Source: Longimicrobiales bacterium
GTDB lineage: Bacteria > Gemmatimonadota > Gemmatimonadetes > Longimicrobiales > Gaopeijiaceae
Reading direction: 5' to 3'
Length of the DNA: 64,000 nt
Assembly: GCA_965218295.1 (NCBI GenBank)
Contig: CBDCKN010000003.1
Coordinates: forward strand, 256,001 to 320,000
Position numbers and translations under genes: made by a program. The first letter of the stretch is position 1. Each line of letters begins with the position of its first letter. Below, one piece after another: positions 39,611 to 49,234 of this stretch. Below the pieces are notes generated by a model. The model had not been told where the DNA came from. It worked only from the letters and a program-made list of their open reading frames with translations, and searched no databases.

Positions 39611-40988
39611 GAGGTTGGGTCAATAGGTGTGTAAACGTATTAGGCGGCGTTCTTCCGCTGTTGGTGTGAGACGGGCTTTCCGTCTTCGAACTTTCCTCCT
39701 TCAAATACGTCCTTGAGGAGGTGAGGAGCGTCGAGCCTTCGGAACCGCTTCTCAGCCACCAAGAGCAACTTCCAGATTAGCGCCGTAGCGCTCTCGACCC
39801 GCTTGAACCGCTTCGCTGCTGTCGTCCTGAGCCGTACCGCGGCGAACGGGCTCTCGACCACGTTCGTCGTGCGTAGATGCTTCCAGTGGTCCTCGGGGAA
39901 GTCGTAGAACGCTACCATCCGCTCCCAGTCGTCCTCGAGTACGTCCACTGCTTTCGGATACCACGGCCTATAGCGTCGGGCGAACACCTCGCGGGCCTTC
40001 AGGGCCTCGGCCCGGCTCGGTGCGTAGACCACGGCCCGGAGAAGATCCTTCGCCTCGCCCTGCTCCCGCTGAGGTAGTCGGTCCAGCACGTTCCTCATCT
40101 TGTGGTTCCAGCACCGTTGCTCGCCCGCCTCAGGCCATACCTGCCGTACTGCGCCCCAGATCGCCGCGTTGCCGTCCGCCATCAAAAGCCGGGGCGCCTC
40201 GATGCCGCGTGCCTTCAGATCCCGCAACACCTCCGACCAGGACTCGACCGACTCTCGGTAGCCCGATCTCAGGGCCAACACCTCCTTCGTCCCGTCTCGC
40301 ATCGCGCCCAGCACCACCAGTAGCGCCGCCTTGTCCCGCTCGAGCCCTGCCTTCACGTAGATCCCGTCCGCCCATACGTAGACGACCTCACGGCCCTCCA
40401 GGCGACGCTGGCTCCATTCCTCGAACTCCGCCGTCCATCCCGCCCGCAGTCTCCGAATCGAAGACTTCGACAGCGGTGCCCCCTCGCCTAGCAGTCCCCG
40501 CATCGCCAGCTCGAAGTCTCCCTCTGCCAGTCCGTGCAGATACAGCTCCGGAAGCAGAGCGCCCAGCTCCTTCGTCCGCCTCGCGAACAACGGCAGCACC
40601 CGACTCTCGAACCGCTCCTCGACGCCCCGAACCCGAGGGCGTCGGAGTGTGATCGTGCCCGAGCTCATCGCCAACCGCCTCAGCTTGCCGTATCCGTTGC
40701 GGTAGCCCTCGGTCGCGTCCACCACCCTCCTGCGCTCTGACTTCTCTCGCCCTAGCAACTCCGTGACTTCCTCCTCCAAGATCTGTTGAATGAACTCCTG
40801 CGCCTTCTCCCGAACCACTTCTTCCAGAACTTCCCACACGGGCGTCCTGGACTCACCCTCGGGTCCCACCGTATTCTTCCTCACGAGGCGTCGTTCCTTT
40901 CCCCCGGGCTGTCACCCGGAGTTCGCTGGTTATTACTCAGCGGAAAGGTACGTCGCCTCTCTTTTTACACACCCTTTGATCCTAGCTC
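39611..40988 (-). mobile_element. IS256-family insertion sequence
   Basis: 25-bp IRs GAGGTTGGGTCAATAGGTGTGTAAA / GAGCTAGGATCAAAGGGTGTGTAAA with an 8-bp TSD GGTCACGT. Confidence 0.95.
39640..40884 (-). CDS. IS256 (Mutator) transposase
   Basis: YRNGY, YVWADG, QRCWNHK, LRTTNVVES. Confidence 0.96.
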   Translation of the reverse strand: MRKNTVGPEGESRTPVWEVLEEVVREKAQEFIQQILEEEVTELLGREKSERRRVVDATEGYRNGYGKLRRLAMSSGTITLRRPRVRGVEERFESRVLPLFARRTKELGALLPELYLHGLAEGDFELAMRGLLGEGAPLSKSSIRRLRAGWTAEFEEWSQRRLEGREVVYVWADGIYVKAGLERDKAALLVVLGAMRDGTKEVLALRSGYRESVESWSEVLRDLKARGIEAPRLLMADGNAAIWGAVRQVWPEAGEQRCWNHKMRNVLDRLPQREQGEAKDLLRAVVYAPSRAEALKAREVFARRYRPWYPKAVDVLEDDWERMVAFYDFPEDHWKHLRTTNVVESPFAAVRLRTTAAKRFKRVESATALIWKLLLVAEKRFRRLDAPHLLKDVFEGGKFEDGKPVSHQQRKNAA

Positions 40989-41369
40989 GGTCACGTTGGC
41001 GAACATCGACAAGCGCGTGTGTTCGGTCGTAGGAACCTGGCAACTCGCCCGGAGGGCGTAAGCGCCGATTGACGGTCGGAAGACGGGCTTTCTTGGCCGC
41101 TGCCCAGGACTACGATTCGACCGTCGACGACGAGGGGATGGTGGCGGCCAGCGCGACTAGCAGCTAGCTAGCTAAGCTAGCTGTCGCGCCCCAAGAGTGG
41201 GGACTGCCCTGACCGGAGTGGGCTCGTGCATCTGGGACGGCCCTACACCCGTCCTTTCACGGCCTAGGAGGGCCAACGACATCCGTTTCGTTGCGGCGGA
41301 GAAAATGGGGGGTAACGCTCCACATCCAACTGCGTAAGGCATTTACAGTAAACCGCTTACAGCACTCAT

Positions 41370-41570
41370 GAAAGCTGCCAGAACGGCTCGCGGCTCTTGC
41401 CGAAGAGCTGGTTGATCAGGGAGGCGACGCTGTAGGCGAGCGAGTAGGTGTCGAGCAGCGGATCGTCGAGCGGGTTCCACTGCCAGGCACCGCCGAGGCC
41501 GATCTCCAGGTAGTCGTCCCCGCGGCCGGCCTTCTCGAGGATCCCCCGCACGTCGTGGCAGAAGCACGGC
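41370..41570 (-). pseudogene. Internal fragment of a type IV coupling protein (TraD/VirD4-like)
   Basis: Reads FCHDVRGILEKAGRGDDY..WNPLDD..YSVASLINQLFGKSREPFWQ. Confidence 0.5.
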
Positions 41571-41863
41571 TAAGTCTTCGCAAGTCCCTATGGGACAAAG
41601 ACTTGGAAACACCTTACGGAGACGTGTATCACATGGTGTGTCCGAAGGCCGTAAATCGTGTTACCCGTTGGGTTTAGGACAGAAACCCACGGACCACGGA
41701 CCCACGGACGACGGATGGGCGGCTGCCACGGACCACGGGCCGTTCGTTTCACGCACATCCAAAGCACCAGCGCGACAGCCGGCCTTGACAAACTGTCGTT
41801 GCCCGCTGCGATTCGGATGCGAACCGTAAGTCCCTCCGCAGTCCACTGAGTCGGGAAGGCCCC

Positions 41864-43805
41864 ATGCAGCGTCTGAACCTGGTTGTCGCAGTGCTCTCAG
41901 TTCGCCGCCGCGTGCGGTGACGGTGGATCTCCGACGCCGACGGGTCCACCCGCCCCGCCACCCAACCGTGCGCCGACCGTGTCGGCCGCGATTCCGGACC
42001 AGAGCGTGGAGGCGGGAGCGGAGGTGACGGTGGGTGTTTCCGGGGCCTTCTCCGACCCCGACGGGGACGCCCTCAGCTATGGGGCCACCTCGGACGCCTC
42101 GGATATTGCCACAGCGAGCGTCTCCGGAAGCGATGTCACGGTGACCGGCGTGGCTCCGGGGACGGCGACGATCACGGTGACCGCGACCGACCCCGGAAGC
42201 CTCAGCGCCACGCGGACCTTCGAGGTGACGGTCAGGAGCGCCAACCGGGCGCCAACCGTATCGGCCGCGATTCCGGACCAGAGCGTGGAGGCGGGAGCGG
42301 AGGTGACGGTGGACGTTTCCGGGGCCTTCTCCGACCCCGACGGGGACGCCCTGAGCTATGGGGCCACCTCGGACGCCCCGGATGTTGCCGCGGCGAGAGT
42401 CTCCGGAAGCGGTGTCACGGTGACCGGCGTGGCTCCGGGGACCGCGACGGTCACCGTGACCGCGACCGACCCCGGAGGCCTCGGCGCCACCCAGAGATTC
42501 GAGGTGACGGTCGTGAGCGCCAACCGGGCGCCGACCGTGTCGGCCGCGATTCCGGACCAGAGCGTGGAAGTGGGAGCGGAGGTGACGGTGGACGTTTCCG
42601 GGGCCTTCTCCGATCCCGACGGGGACGCCCTGAGCTACGGGGCCGCCTCGGATGCCTCGGATGTTGCCACGGCGAGAGTCTCCGGAAGCGATGTCACGGT
42701 GAGCGGAGCGGCCCGGGGGACGGCAACCGTCACGGTGACCGCGGCCGACCCCGGAGGCCTGAGTGCCACCCAGACCTTCGAGGTCGCCGTCGAAGCGGAA
42801 GCGGACCTCGACGCTCTCTTCGCCCCGCCCACGGAGACGGAGATCGCACAGGTGGTGGCGGAGTGGGAGACCCGTGAGCCCGAGGTCAGCGGGGTTCGCC
42901 TTGAACTCGACATGTTGCACGTGTACGTGCCCACCTCGCCCCTGGGAGGCGCACCCTTCACGGTCCGGGTCCGGATCCTCTCCCACACCGTAGGGGGGTC
43001 CCGGCACTACGGTGCGGTGGTGACCCCGCCCGGTGCGGAGCCCGGCACCCTACCCGTCATCCTCCATGCCCACGGTGGGGACGACGGCGTGGAGCTCGGG
43101 CAGGTTTTTCTGTTGAATTCGTTCCTGCAGGGCCACCGCGCGGCCTTCGTGGTACCGTCGTATCGCTCCGAGCCCCTCCAGTTCGAGGACCAGGAATTCT
43201 TGTCCGAGGGTCTACCCAGCCCGTGGGACCGGGACGTCGACGACACCATGTCACTTCTCTCTGTCGCGATCGAACAGGTGCCGGAGCTGGACGGGGAGCG
43301 GGTAGCGGTCGTGGGGTTCAGCCGGGGGGGCGCCGTGGGTCTCCTGACGGCCGCGCGCGATCCGAGGATCGACGCCGTCGTCGAGTTCTTCGGCCCGACG
43401 GACCTGTTCGGCGAGTATGCGCGTGAGATCTTCGAGGAGGCGCTGGGCGGCGAGCTCCGGGATCTTCCCGGTCTCGACTACCTCAACGAGCACGTCATCG
43501 TGCCGTGGCAGCTGGGGGACCTCTCCGATGCAGAGGCTCGGCTGGAGCTGGTACGCCGATCCGGAGTGTACTTCGTCGATCGCCTCCCGCCGGTCCAGCT
43601 GCACCACGGGACCGCGGACACCGTCGTGGCCTACAGCCAGGCCCAGCGGCTGATCGACGCGATGGAAGAGGCGGGAAAGGGGGAGGAGGAGTTCGAGGCC
43701 CACCGCTATCCTGGCGCTGGTCACGAAATCGAGGCCCTTATCGTACAAGGGGCTCCCACGCGTGCGGTCGACTTCCTTCGTCGCTTCCTCTTCGAGCTTC
43801 CGTAG
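41864..43805 (+). CDS. Lipoprotein with three Ig/cadherin-like repeats and a C-terminal alpha/beta hydrolase (S9-like)
   Basis: AAAC lipobox, 3x NRAPTVSAAIPDQ..FSDPDGD repeats, GFSRGG, HHGTAD..V and GAGH. ATG 41864 is one base out of frame with the main ORF. Confidence 0.85.
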
Positions 43806-43985
43806 GCCGTATGGAGGAGTCGGCGACCTAACCGCTTCGGGGACTCGGATAGGTGAGTCAGGCAAGCCGTGGAGGGATTACGATCCGGGATCGGCTGGCC
43901 GCCACTGGGGCGTGCCCAAGCAAGGTGGCTACGCGCGCTGGCTAGAGGACAACCTGATCCCAGGCTACCGTTCGATTCAAGGGGG
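43806..43985 (+). pseudogene. Internal fragment of a DNA methyltransferase-like gene
   Basis: GDLTASGTRIGESGKPWRDYDP..GRHWGVP resembles the TRD region of Mod-like N6-MTases. Confidence 0.45.
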
Positions 43986-43999
43986 CCATGATTGTCCCG

Positions 44000-44146
44000 G
44001 GAACGCTTGCGGGGGGTGTTTTGCCATGCCGCTGGCGGAGCCTCCGGACGGGCTGCTTGCCCTGCTGAACATCTCTAAACGTTACAAGCACTTAGGACAT
44101 TTCCTACGGGTTGACGCGCTTGCCGACGCCTCTTCACCGTTACGGT
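44000..44146 (+). promoter_or_regulatory. Conserved leader (copy 3)
   Basis: TTAGGACATTTCCTACGGGTTGAC and CTGAACATCTCT..TTACAAGC are shared with copy 2. Confidence 0.6.
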
Positions 44147-44345
44147 ATGGAGACGCTGGAGCAGCAGTTCAATTCGCAAGTGCGCGCGTTCCTCGGGTGC
44201 ACGGGCCTGAGGCCGACGACGTTCGGCATGAAGGCGTTGGGCGACCCGAACCTGGTGCGCCAGATCGGGCGCGGCCGATTCGTCGTCGCTGAGGACGGCG
44301 GACCACGTTCTGGCATTCTTGGCCGGCTACGACCGGGAGTCCGGG
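44147..44345 (+). pseudogene. Cro-like HTH copy 2, frameshifted near 44280
   Basis: METLEQQFNSQVRAFLGCTGLRPTTFGMKALGDPNL, then LRTADHVLAFL in another frame. Confidence 0.7.
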
Positions 44346-44645
44346 CGGTGCGGTTGGCCTTCCCACGAGGTCAAGGCTGATCTGTTCGGTCATCACGGCA
44401 TTGGTCTAATGGTATCGCACCGATTCAGGACACACAGTCGAACGCGGCGGTCGCCCCACGGCCATCCTTCTCGATTGACGGCATCCCCAGTGCCGAGCGG
44501 CTTGCCCCGAGCCCCGCTCAAGGCCTCGCTGGCGGAGGGTGGCCGGACCTCGATTTCCGTATCTCGGTGCTCCGCAAGCAGGTGGAAAATGGCCTATATC
44601 CTACGCTATTGCGTGAATTGCCAACACCGTTTTGCGTGGATGGGT

Positions 44646-44850
44646 ATGGAGAACCTGACGAAGCAGTTCGAGCAGCGCCATGGCGACGTTACTTCGGCGC
44701 ACGCGGCTGACGCGGTCGGAGGCCGGGGAGCGCGCGATCGGGGACCGGAAGTTTGTGGGAGATGTGCGGCGGGGCCTGGACCCGGAGCCCTCCGGTTCCT
44801 CTCGACCGAGCTCGCATCACGTATCTCAGAGCCGACCTGGCGCTGGTGAC
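44646..44850 (+). pseudogene. Second Cro-like HTH, degraded
   Basis: MENLTKQF../LRRTRLTRSEAGERAIGDRKFVGDVRRG is split across frames. Confidence 0.45.
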
Positions 44851-44862
44851 GGAGGACTCGGG

Positions 44863-45795
44863 ATGATCGCCCATCTCCGGGGACGCGAGAAGACGCTCGA
44901 GCCGTTAGGCTGGACAGGTCGCCGTTCCGAGTGGATCGCGCTCGTCTGCTTCCACAGCGGCGTGTTCACCCGCGCCCAATGGACCCAGTTCATGGACGCG
45001 CACCCCGAACAGGTGCGCCGCGGCGTCCACGCGCTGATCGCGCAGGGCGTGGCCGCCGAAGAGACTGTGCCTGGGATACGGGGCATCGGCCGCGTGTCGC
45101 GGATCTTCTCCCGGCGCATCTACCGCGCCCTCCGCGCCGAGCACATCCGCCACCGCCGGACCGCCTCGACCGAGGTGCTCATGCGCCGCCTCCTCTCGCT
45201 CGACTACGTGATCGAACATCCCGACCTGCTGTGGCTGCCGACCGAACCGGAAAAGGTCGCGGCGTTCGAGGCGCTCGGCATCGAGCGCGAGCTCCTGCCC
45301 TCCCGGCTCTACCGGGGAGCCGGCGGCGACACCCGGCGCTGCTTCCCCCTCAAGCTGCCCGTGGCACTTGAGGCCGGCGGCGCCGTCTTCGTCTACGCAG
45401 AGCCCGGCCACGAGACCACGACCGCGCTCCGTTCCTGGGGCAATGCGCACCGCGGACTCTGGCGGGCGCTCCAAGAGCGCGGCCGGTCCGTCGAGGTGGT
45501 CGCCGTTGCCAGCACTTCGCGGGAGACGGAACGAGCCAAGAGGGTCATGCGCGGCTGGGCCGGGGCCTCCGGACCGGCCGAGCCCGACGCCGAGATCCGG
45601 GAGGAGCTTGCCCGGATCGAGCGCGCGATCCTTCAGGGCGCGGTCCAGATCCTCGAGGAGTTTGGAGGCTTGCAGGCCGCCTTGAAGCGCAGCGTATCGC
45701 TGACGAAGCAGACCCGGCGGCGGTCTGGACCCGGGTCCATCCACCGCGCCAGCACCTGGCGGACGGTGCGTCTCGCAGGGGCACGCTACCGATGA
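44863..45795 (+). CDS. Uncharacterised mobile-element protein (candidate replication/relaxation factor)
   Basis: Intact paralog of 31676-32651. Start at MIAHLRG after GGAGG. Motifs HSGVFTRAQ, RLLSLDYV and FPLKLP. Confidence 0.75.
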   Translation: MIAHLRGREKTLEPLGWTGRRSEWIALVCFHSGVFTRAQWTQFMDAHPEQVRRGVHALIAQGVAAEETVPGIRGIGRVSRIFSRRIYRALRAEHIRHRRTASTEVLMRRLLSLDYVIEHPDLLWLPTEPEKVAAFEALGIERELLPSRLYRGAGGDTRRCFPLKLPVALEAGGAVFVYAEPGHETTTALRSWGNAHRGLWRALQERGRSVEVVAVASTSRETERAKRVMRGWAGASGPAEPDAEIREELARIERAILQGAVQILEEFGGLQAALKRSVSLTKQTRRRSGPGSIHRASTWRTVRLAGARYR

Positions 45796-46021
45796 CCGGC
45801 GCGCGTCTTACGGCCGTACTGGCGCGTGAAAACGACGTGGGGGGTCGATTCACACTTTGGCGCTCCGGCGATTCACACGGGACCCCACGCGTATCCGTCG
45901 CGACCGCAGCGTCTTGCGCCTTCGTGGCCCGGCCCCGCGTTGTCGGACGGGCCGATCAGGCAGTGGTGGGAGCGACCCCCCAGGCCGAGGGCCTGCTACG
46001 GGCGCGGGGCTAGGTGTGTTT

Positions 46022-47668
46022 TCACACGCTGGCCCCCGCCCTCCGGGGGTCGCTCCCAGTCCATGGATCCCTTGGCGGGAAGGCCGTCCAGCGCCGCTGT
46101 GAGCGGCGTATCAACGGACCGATCCGGCTTCCGGGTCTCGGCTCTCGTCGGCCAGGTACGCGGCCCAGTCGAAGGGCAGGCTGTTCATGGTGCCGAGGCA
46201 TGGGGCCTGATCGCGCTCCACGCCGTTCGACGAACGCGAGGTAGCTAAGGCCCTTCGGGCTCGTCGGACACAGGGTCATCGTGCTTGCGCCGAGCATCCT
46301 CCACGCCCATACAAAGTCAATTAGACGCGCTCTGCCGTTGTGCCACGATCCCTCGTCAAGGCGGCAATACCACTGATTCGGAGCGCGACGCGTCGCAGGT
46401 GCGTTCGGCGGCTTCTCAGCTTCGAACGGAATTGCATCCTTCAGCTTCTCGAAACGCTCATGACAAAGGTCGACAGCCGCAGGATAGAAAGTGATCCGTA
46501 TCTTCCCGGGTTCGTCAATTGTAACGGAATGCGACCCGCGGACACACACGTCGTCGGGCAGGGTGATCGTCCGGTGCAGATAGGTAATGCCGGATTTCGT
46601 ATAGTATGTCCGGACACTGTAGTCCAACGACACTTTCACATCCTGCCACACCTTCGCCACTCCGTGCTCGCCGGCCTTCCGATTCAAGTCGCGAGCGCCT
46701 GGGCGGTTGGCGGATGACGTATGGGGATCGTCCGAAGTCCGTACCTGCCTGGCCAACAGCATGCCATCGCCGTCGGGCCGGGCGTAGTGCCCCACGACGT
46801 CGAAGTCGAACTTCCCGCGGGCCACGGCCCCCATGTCGAGCTCGGCCGTGAGGATCCCTTCGGCATCGAAGAGGGGACCGGCCAGGCAGTCTCCAGCCGG
46901 GTCGTAGATGGCACTGCCACCAGGGCACAGGGTGTCGGGCCAGGACTCGAGCTCCCCAGCGATCTCAAGGTCGTCGGGGTACATGTCGCGGGTCACGTAC
47001 TGGTTACACCCCAACACGAAGCAGCGCCCCTCCAGGGCGATGTGCTGCAGTGTTCCCTGCCAGCGGCCCCGGTAGTCGGCGGTGGGTGCGAGGTAGATCT
47101 CCACCCCCTTCCCGTACATGGCCATGCGGGCGAGGGGCATGTAGTTCTCCCAGCAGATGAGGCCACCTACACGGCCGAATGGGGCGTCGACCGTCGTGAG
47201 CGTGCTCCCGTCTCCCTCGCCCCAGATCAGGCGCTCCGCCGCCGTGGGCTTGAGCTTTCGGTGCTTGCCCAGAAGCGAGCCGTCGGCGCCGAAGTACAGG
47301 AGTGTGCAGAAAAGGGTGCCTCCGCTGTAGGTGGAGTCGCGCTCCACGACGCCCACGGCCAGGTATACGCCCGCCTCATGGGCCGCTTCACCCATGCGCT
47401 CGGTGGCCGGACCCGGCACCTCGACCGCCGTGTCCCAGTAGCGCTGCCAGACGCGCCGGCCGGCGTCGCTCCGGCCCCCCACGGCGGTACCGAAGGCCAG
47501 GCCCCAGGGATAGCCGCCGACATACGCCTCGGGAAAGACGACCAGTCCGGCGCCGTCGGCCGCGGCCTGGGCCGTAAGGTCGGTGACCTTCTCGGTGGCC
47601 CCCTCCCGGTCGAAGAAGGTGGGGGATGCCTGCACGACGGCGGCCGTCACGGTGCGATTGTCGCTCAC
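46022..47668 (-). CDS. Nitrilase (C-N hydrolase) fused in frame at ~46775 to unrelated island sequence
   Basis: VFPE, HRKLKPT, ICWENY and DVVGHYARPD, followed by unrelated lower-GC sequence. Confidence 0.85.
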   Translation of the reverse strand: MSDNRTVTAAVVQASPTFFDREGATEKVTDLTAQAAADGAGLVVFPEAYVGGYPWGLAFGTAVGGRSDAGRRVWQRYWDTAVEVPGPATERMGEAAHEAGVYLAVGVVERDSTYSGGTLFCTLLYFGADGSLLGKHRKLKPTAAERLIWGEGDGSTLTTVDAPFGRVGGLICWENYMPLARMAMYGKGVEIYLAPTADYRGRWQGTLQHIALEGRCFVLGCNQYVTRDMYPDDLEIAGELESWPDTLCPGGSAIYDPAGDCLAGPLFDAEGILTAELDMGAVARGKFDFDVVGHYARPDGDGMLLARQVRTSDDPHTSSANRPGARDLNRKAGEHGVAKVWQDVKVSLDYSVRTYYTKSGITYLHRTITLPDDVCVRGSHSVTIDEPGKIRITFYPAAVDLCHERFEKLKDAIPFEAEKPPNAPATRRAPNQWYCRLDEGSWHNGRARLIDFVWAWRMLGASTMTLCPTSPKGLSYLAFVERRGARSGPMPRHHEQPALRLGRVPGRREPRPGSRIGPLIRRSQRRWTAFPPRDPWTGSDPRRAGASV

Positions 47669-47711
47669 GGTTCTCTCCAGTGTTCCGTTGCCAAAGCAAC
47701 GGGACACTAAC

Positions 47712-48653
47712 TCAGCGGCTACAGTAAACGAACTCTGCCACCACGTCCCCCACTATGAGCAACGTCTGCGCGCTCGTGTTCTCCGGGGTGTCGTAGGGCG
47801 TGTGCCAAAGGCTGTTCTTCGACCCGTAGTCGAAGTCGATGACGTTGATGGTGGGGATTCCGGCGTCGTTGAGCTTCAGATGGTCGTCCACGACCCGGGC
47901 TGTCTCGTCCAACGGGAAATAGCGCCGATAGCCCAGGTCCGCAGCGATTCCCCAAACCCGCTGCACGAGCTGCGGCGCAGCCTCGAGGGAGTAGGCCTCC
48001 ACGGGAAATCGGGGGTCGGCGTCGCCCACCATGTCCAGAAGCACGGCGAAGTCCGGGGGGGCTTCTGAGCCCCTTCCCGTAGCGTAGTGGGCAGCCCCGA
48101 GGAACATGTCGGCCGTGGTGGGCCCGTAGTCCTCGCCGTCGCTGAAGAGAAGATCCACGCCCACGGGCGGAGCCTGCTCGGCGAACATCCGCGCCAGCTC
48201 TAGGAGCACGGCCGTGCCTGACGCCCCGTCGTTGGCACCGGGCACCGGCTTCTCCCGATCGTCGTCGTCTCGGCTCTGGTCCGCCGTCGGCCGCGTGTCC
48301 CAGTGCGTGAGGAGGAGGAGGCGTCGATCGCTCTCGAGGCCGAAACGCGCGATGACGTTCGTGAGGCTCAGGGAGTCTCCGTCGCCGGTGACGTGCTCGA
48401 ACTCGTCGAGGAACACGGTGTCGGCGAGCTCGCTGAGCTGCTCCACCATCCAGGCGAACTGGCGGGCGTGGCCCTCCATCCCCGGCACGCGCGGGCCGAA
48501 GGCCACCTGCGCCTGGAGGTCCTGAAAGGCCCGCGTGGCGTCGAAGGCCGGGCGGTCCACCCTGACCGAGATGGTCATCTCTTCGGAATCCCCACCTCCG
48601 CACCCTACCACCAGAAGCTGTAGAGCCATCATCAACGGCCATCGCTTCGTCAC
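47712..48653 (-). CDS. M28 family peptidase / glutaminyl-cyclase-like lipoprotein
   Basis: HWDTRP, GANDGASG, DGEDYG, LLDMVG, DDH, WHT and a VVGC lipobox. Confidence 0.9.
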   Translation of the reverse strand: MTKRWPLMMALQLLVVGCGGGDSEEMTISVRVDRPAFDATRAFQDLQAQVAFGPRVPGMEGHARQFAWMVEQLSELADTVFLDEFEHVTGDGDSLSLTNVIARFGLESDRRLLLLTHWDTRPTADQSRDDDDREKPVPGANDGASGTAVLLELARMFAEQAPPVGVDLLFSDGEDYGPTTADMFLGAAHYATGRGSEAPPDFAVLLDMVGDADPRFPVEAYSLEAAPQLVQRVWGIAADLGYRRYFPLDETARVVDDHLKLNDAGIPTINVIDFDYGSKNSLWHTPYDTPENTSAQTLLIVGDVVAEFVYCSR

Positions 48654-48907
48654 TTCGTCCTCGCGGTAGAATATCTCGGCGGGCATGGCGCGCTGGTGTC
48701 GCCGGGCGCCTGAGCCGGTGGGCGGGTAGCAGGACACTAGTGTTCCGTTGCCGTAGTTCTCGAGCCACCAAGAAAGTCGGATGCACCGTGCCCTCGACCG
48801 GCCGAGACACTTTGGTAACGGAACACTAGAACCCCTGGGCGGTCCCGGGGTTTCTTCCGGGTCGGGGCCCGCGTATCCTCCCGATCATCCCCTTCCTGGA
48901 GCCGTTC

Positions 48908-49234
48908 ATGAATAGACCTCCGCCCCTCGATGTGCTCGAGCAGGCCAGTGAGTGGAAAGCGCAGGGCTTGGGCGTGGCCCTGGCGACGGTGGTTCGAACG
49001 TGGGGCTCGGCTCCGCGACAGCCGGGCAGTCAGATGTGCATCAACGAGCACGGGCACTTCGTGGGCTCGGTGTCGGGCGGATGCGTCGAGGGCGCCGTAA
49101 TCCAGGAGGCCCAGGAGCTCATGGTCCATGGGGGCACCAAGCTCCTGCAGTTCGGCGTGACCGACGAGCAAGCGTGGGAAGTGGGACTGGCCTGCGGTGG
49201 CGAGGTGGAGATCTACGTCGAGAGAGTGCAATGA
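48908..49234 (+). CDS. XdhC/CoxI N-terminal domain protein
   Basis: TWGSAPR, GSVSGGCVEG, GLACGG. Confidence 0.92.
   Translation: MNRPPPLDVLEQASEWKAQGLGVALATVVRTWGSAPRQPGSQMCINEHGHFVGSVSGGCVEGAVIQEAQELMVHGGTKLLQFGVTDEQAWEVGLACGGEVEIYVERVQ

Larger units (their letters stand above)
38908..41061 (+). pseudogene. SmaI-like type II restriction endonuclease interrupted by IS256
   Basis: FEAAF..DVEMDGLRISLKSTAA..LHISKLCE..YEMVRIP resembles R.SmaI (recalled, not searched). Removing the IS restores KVT|LANIDKRVCSVVGTWQLARRA*. Confidence 0.78.
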
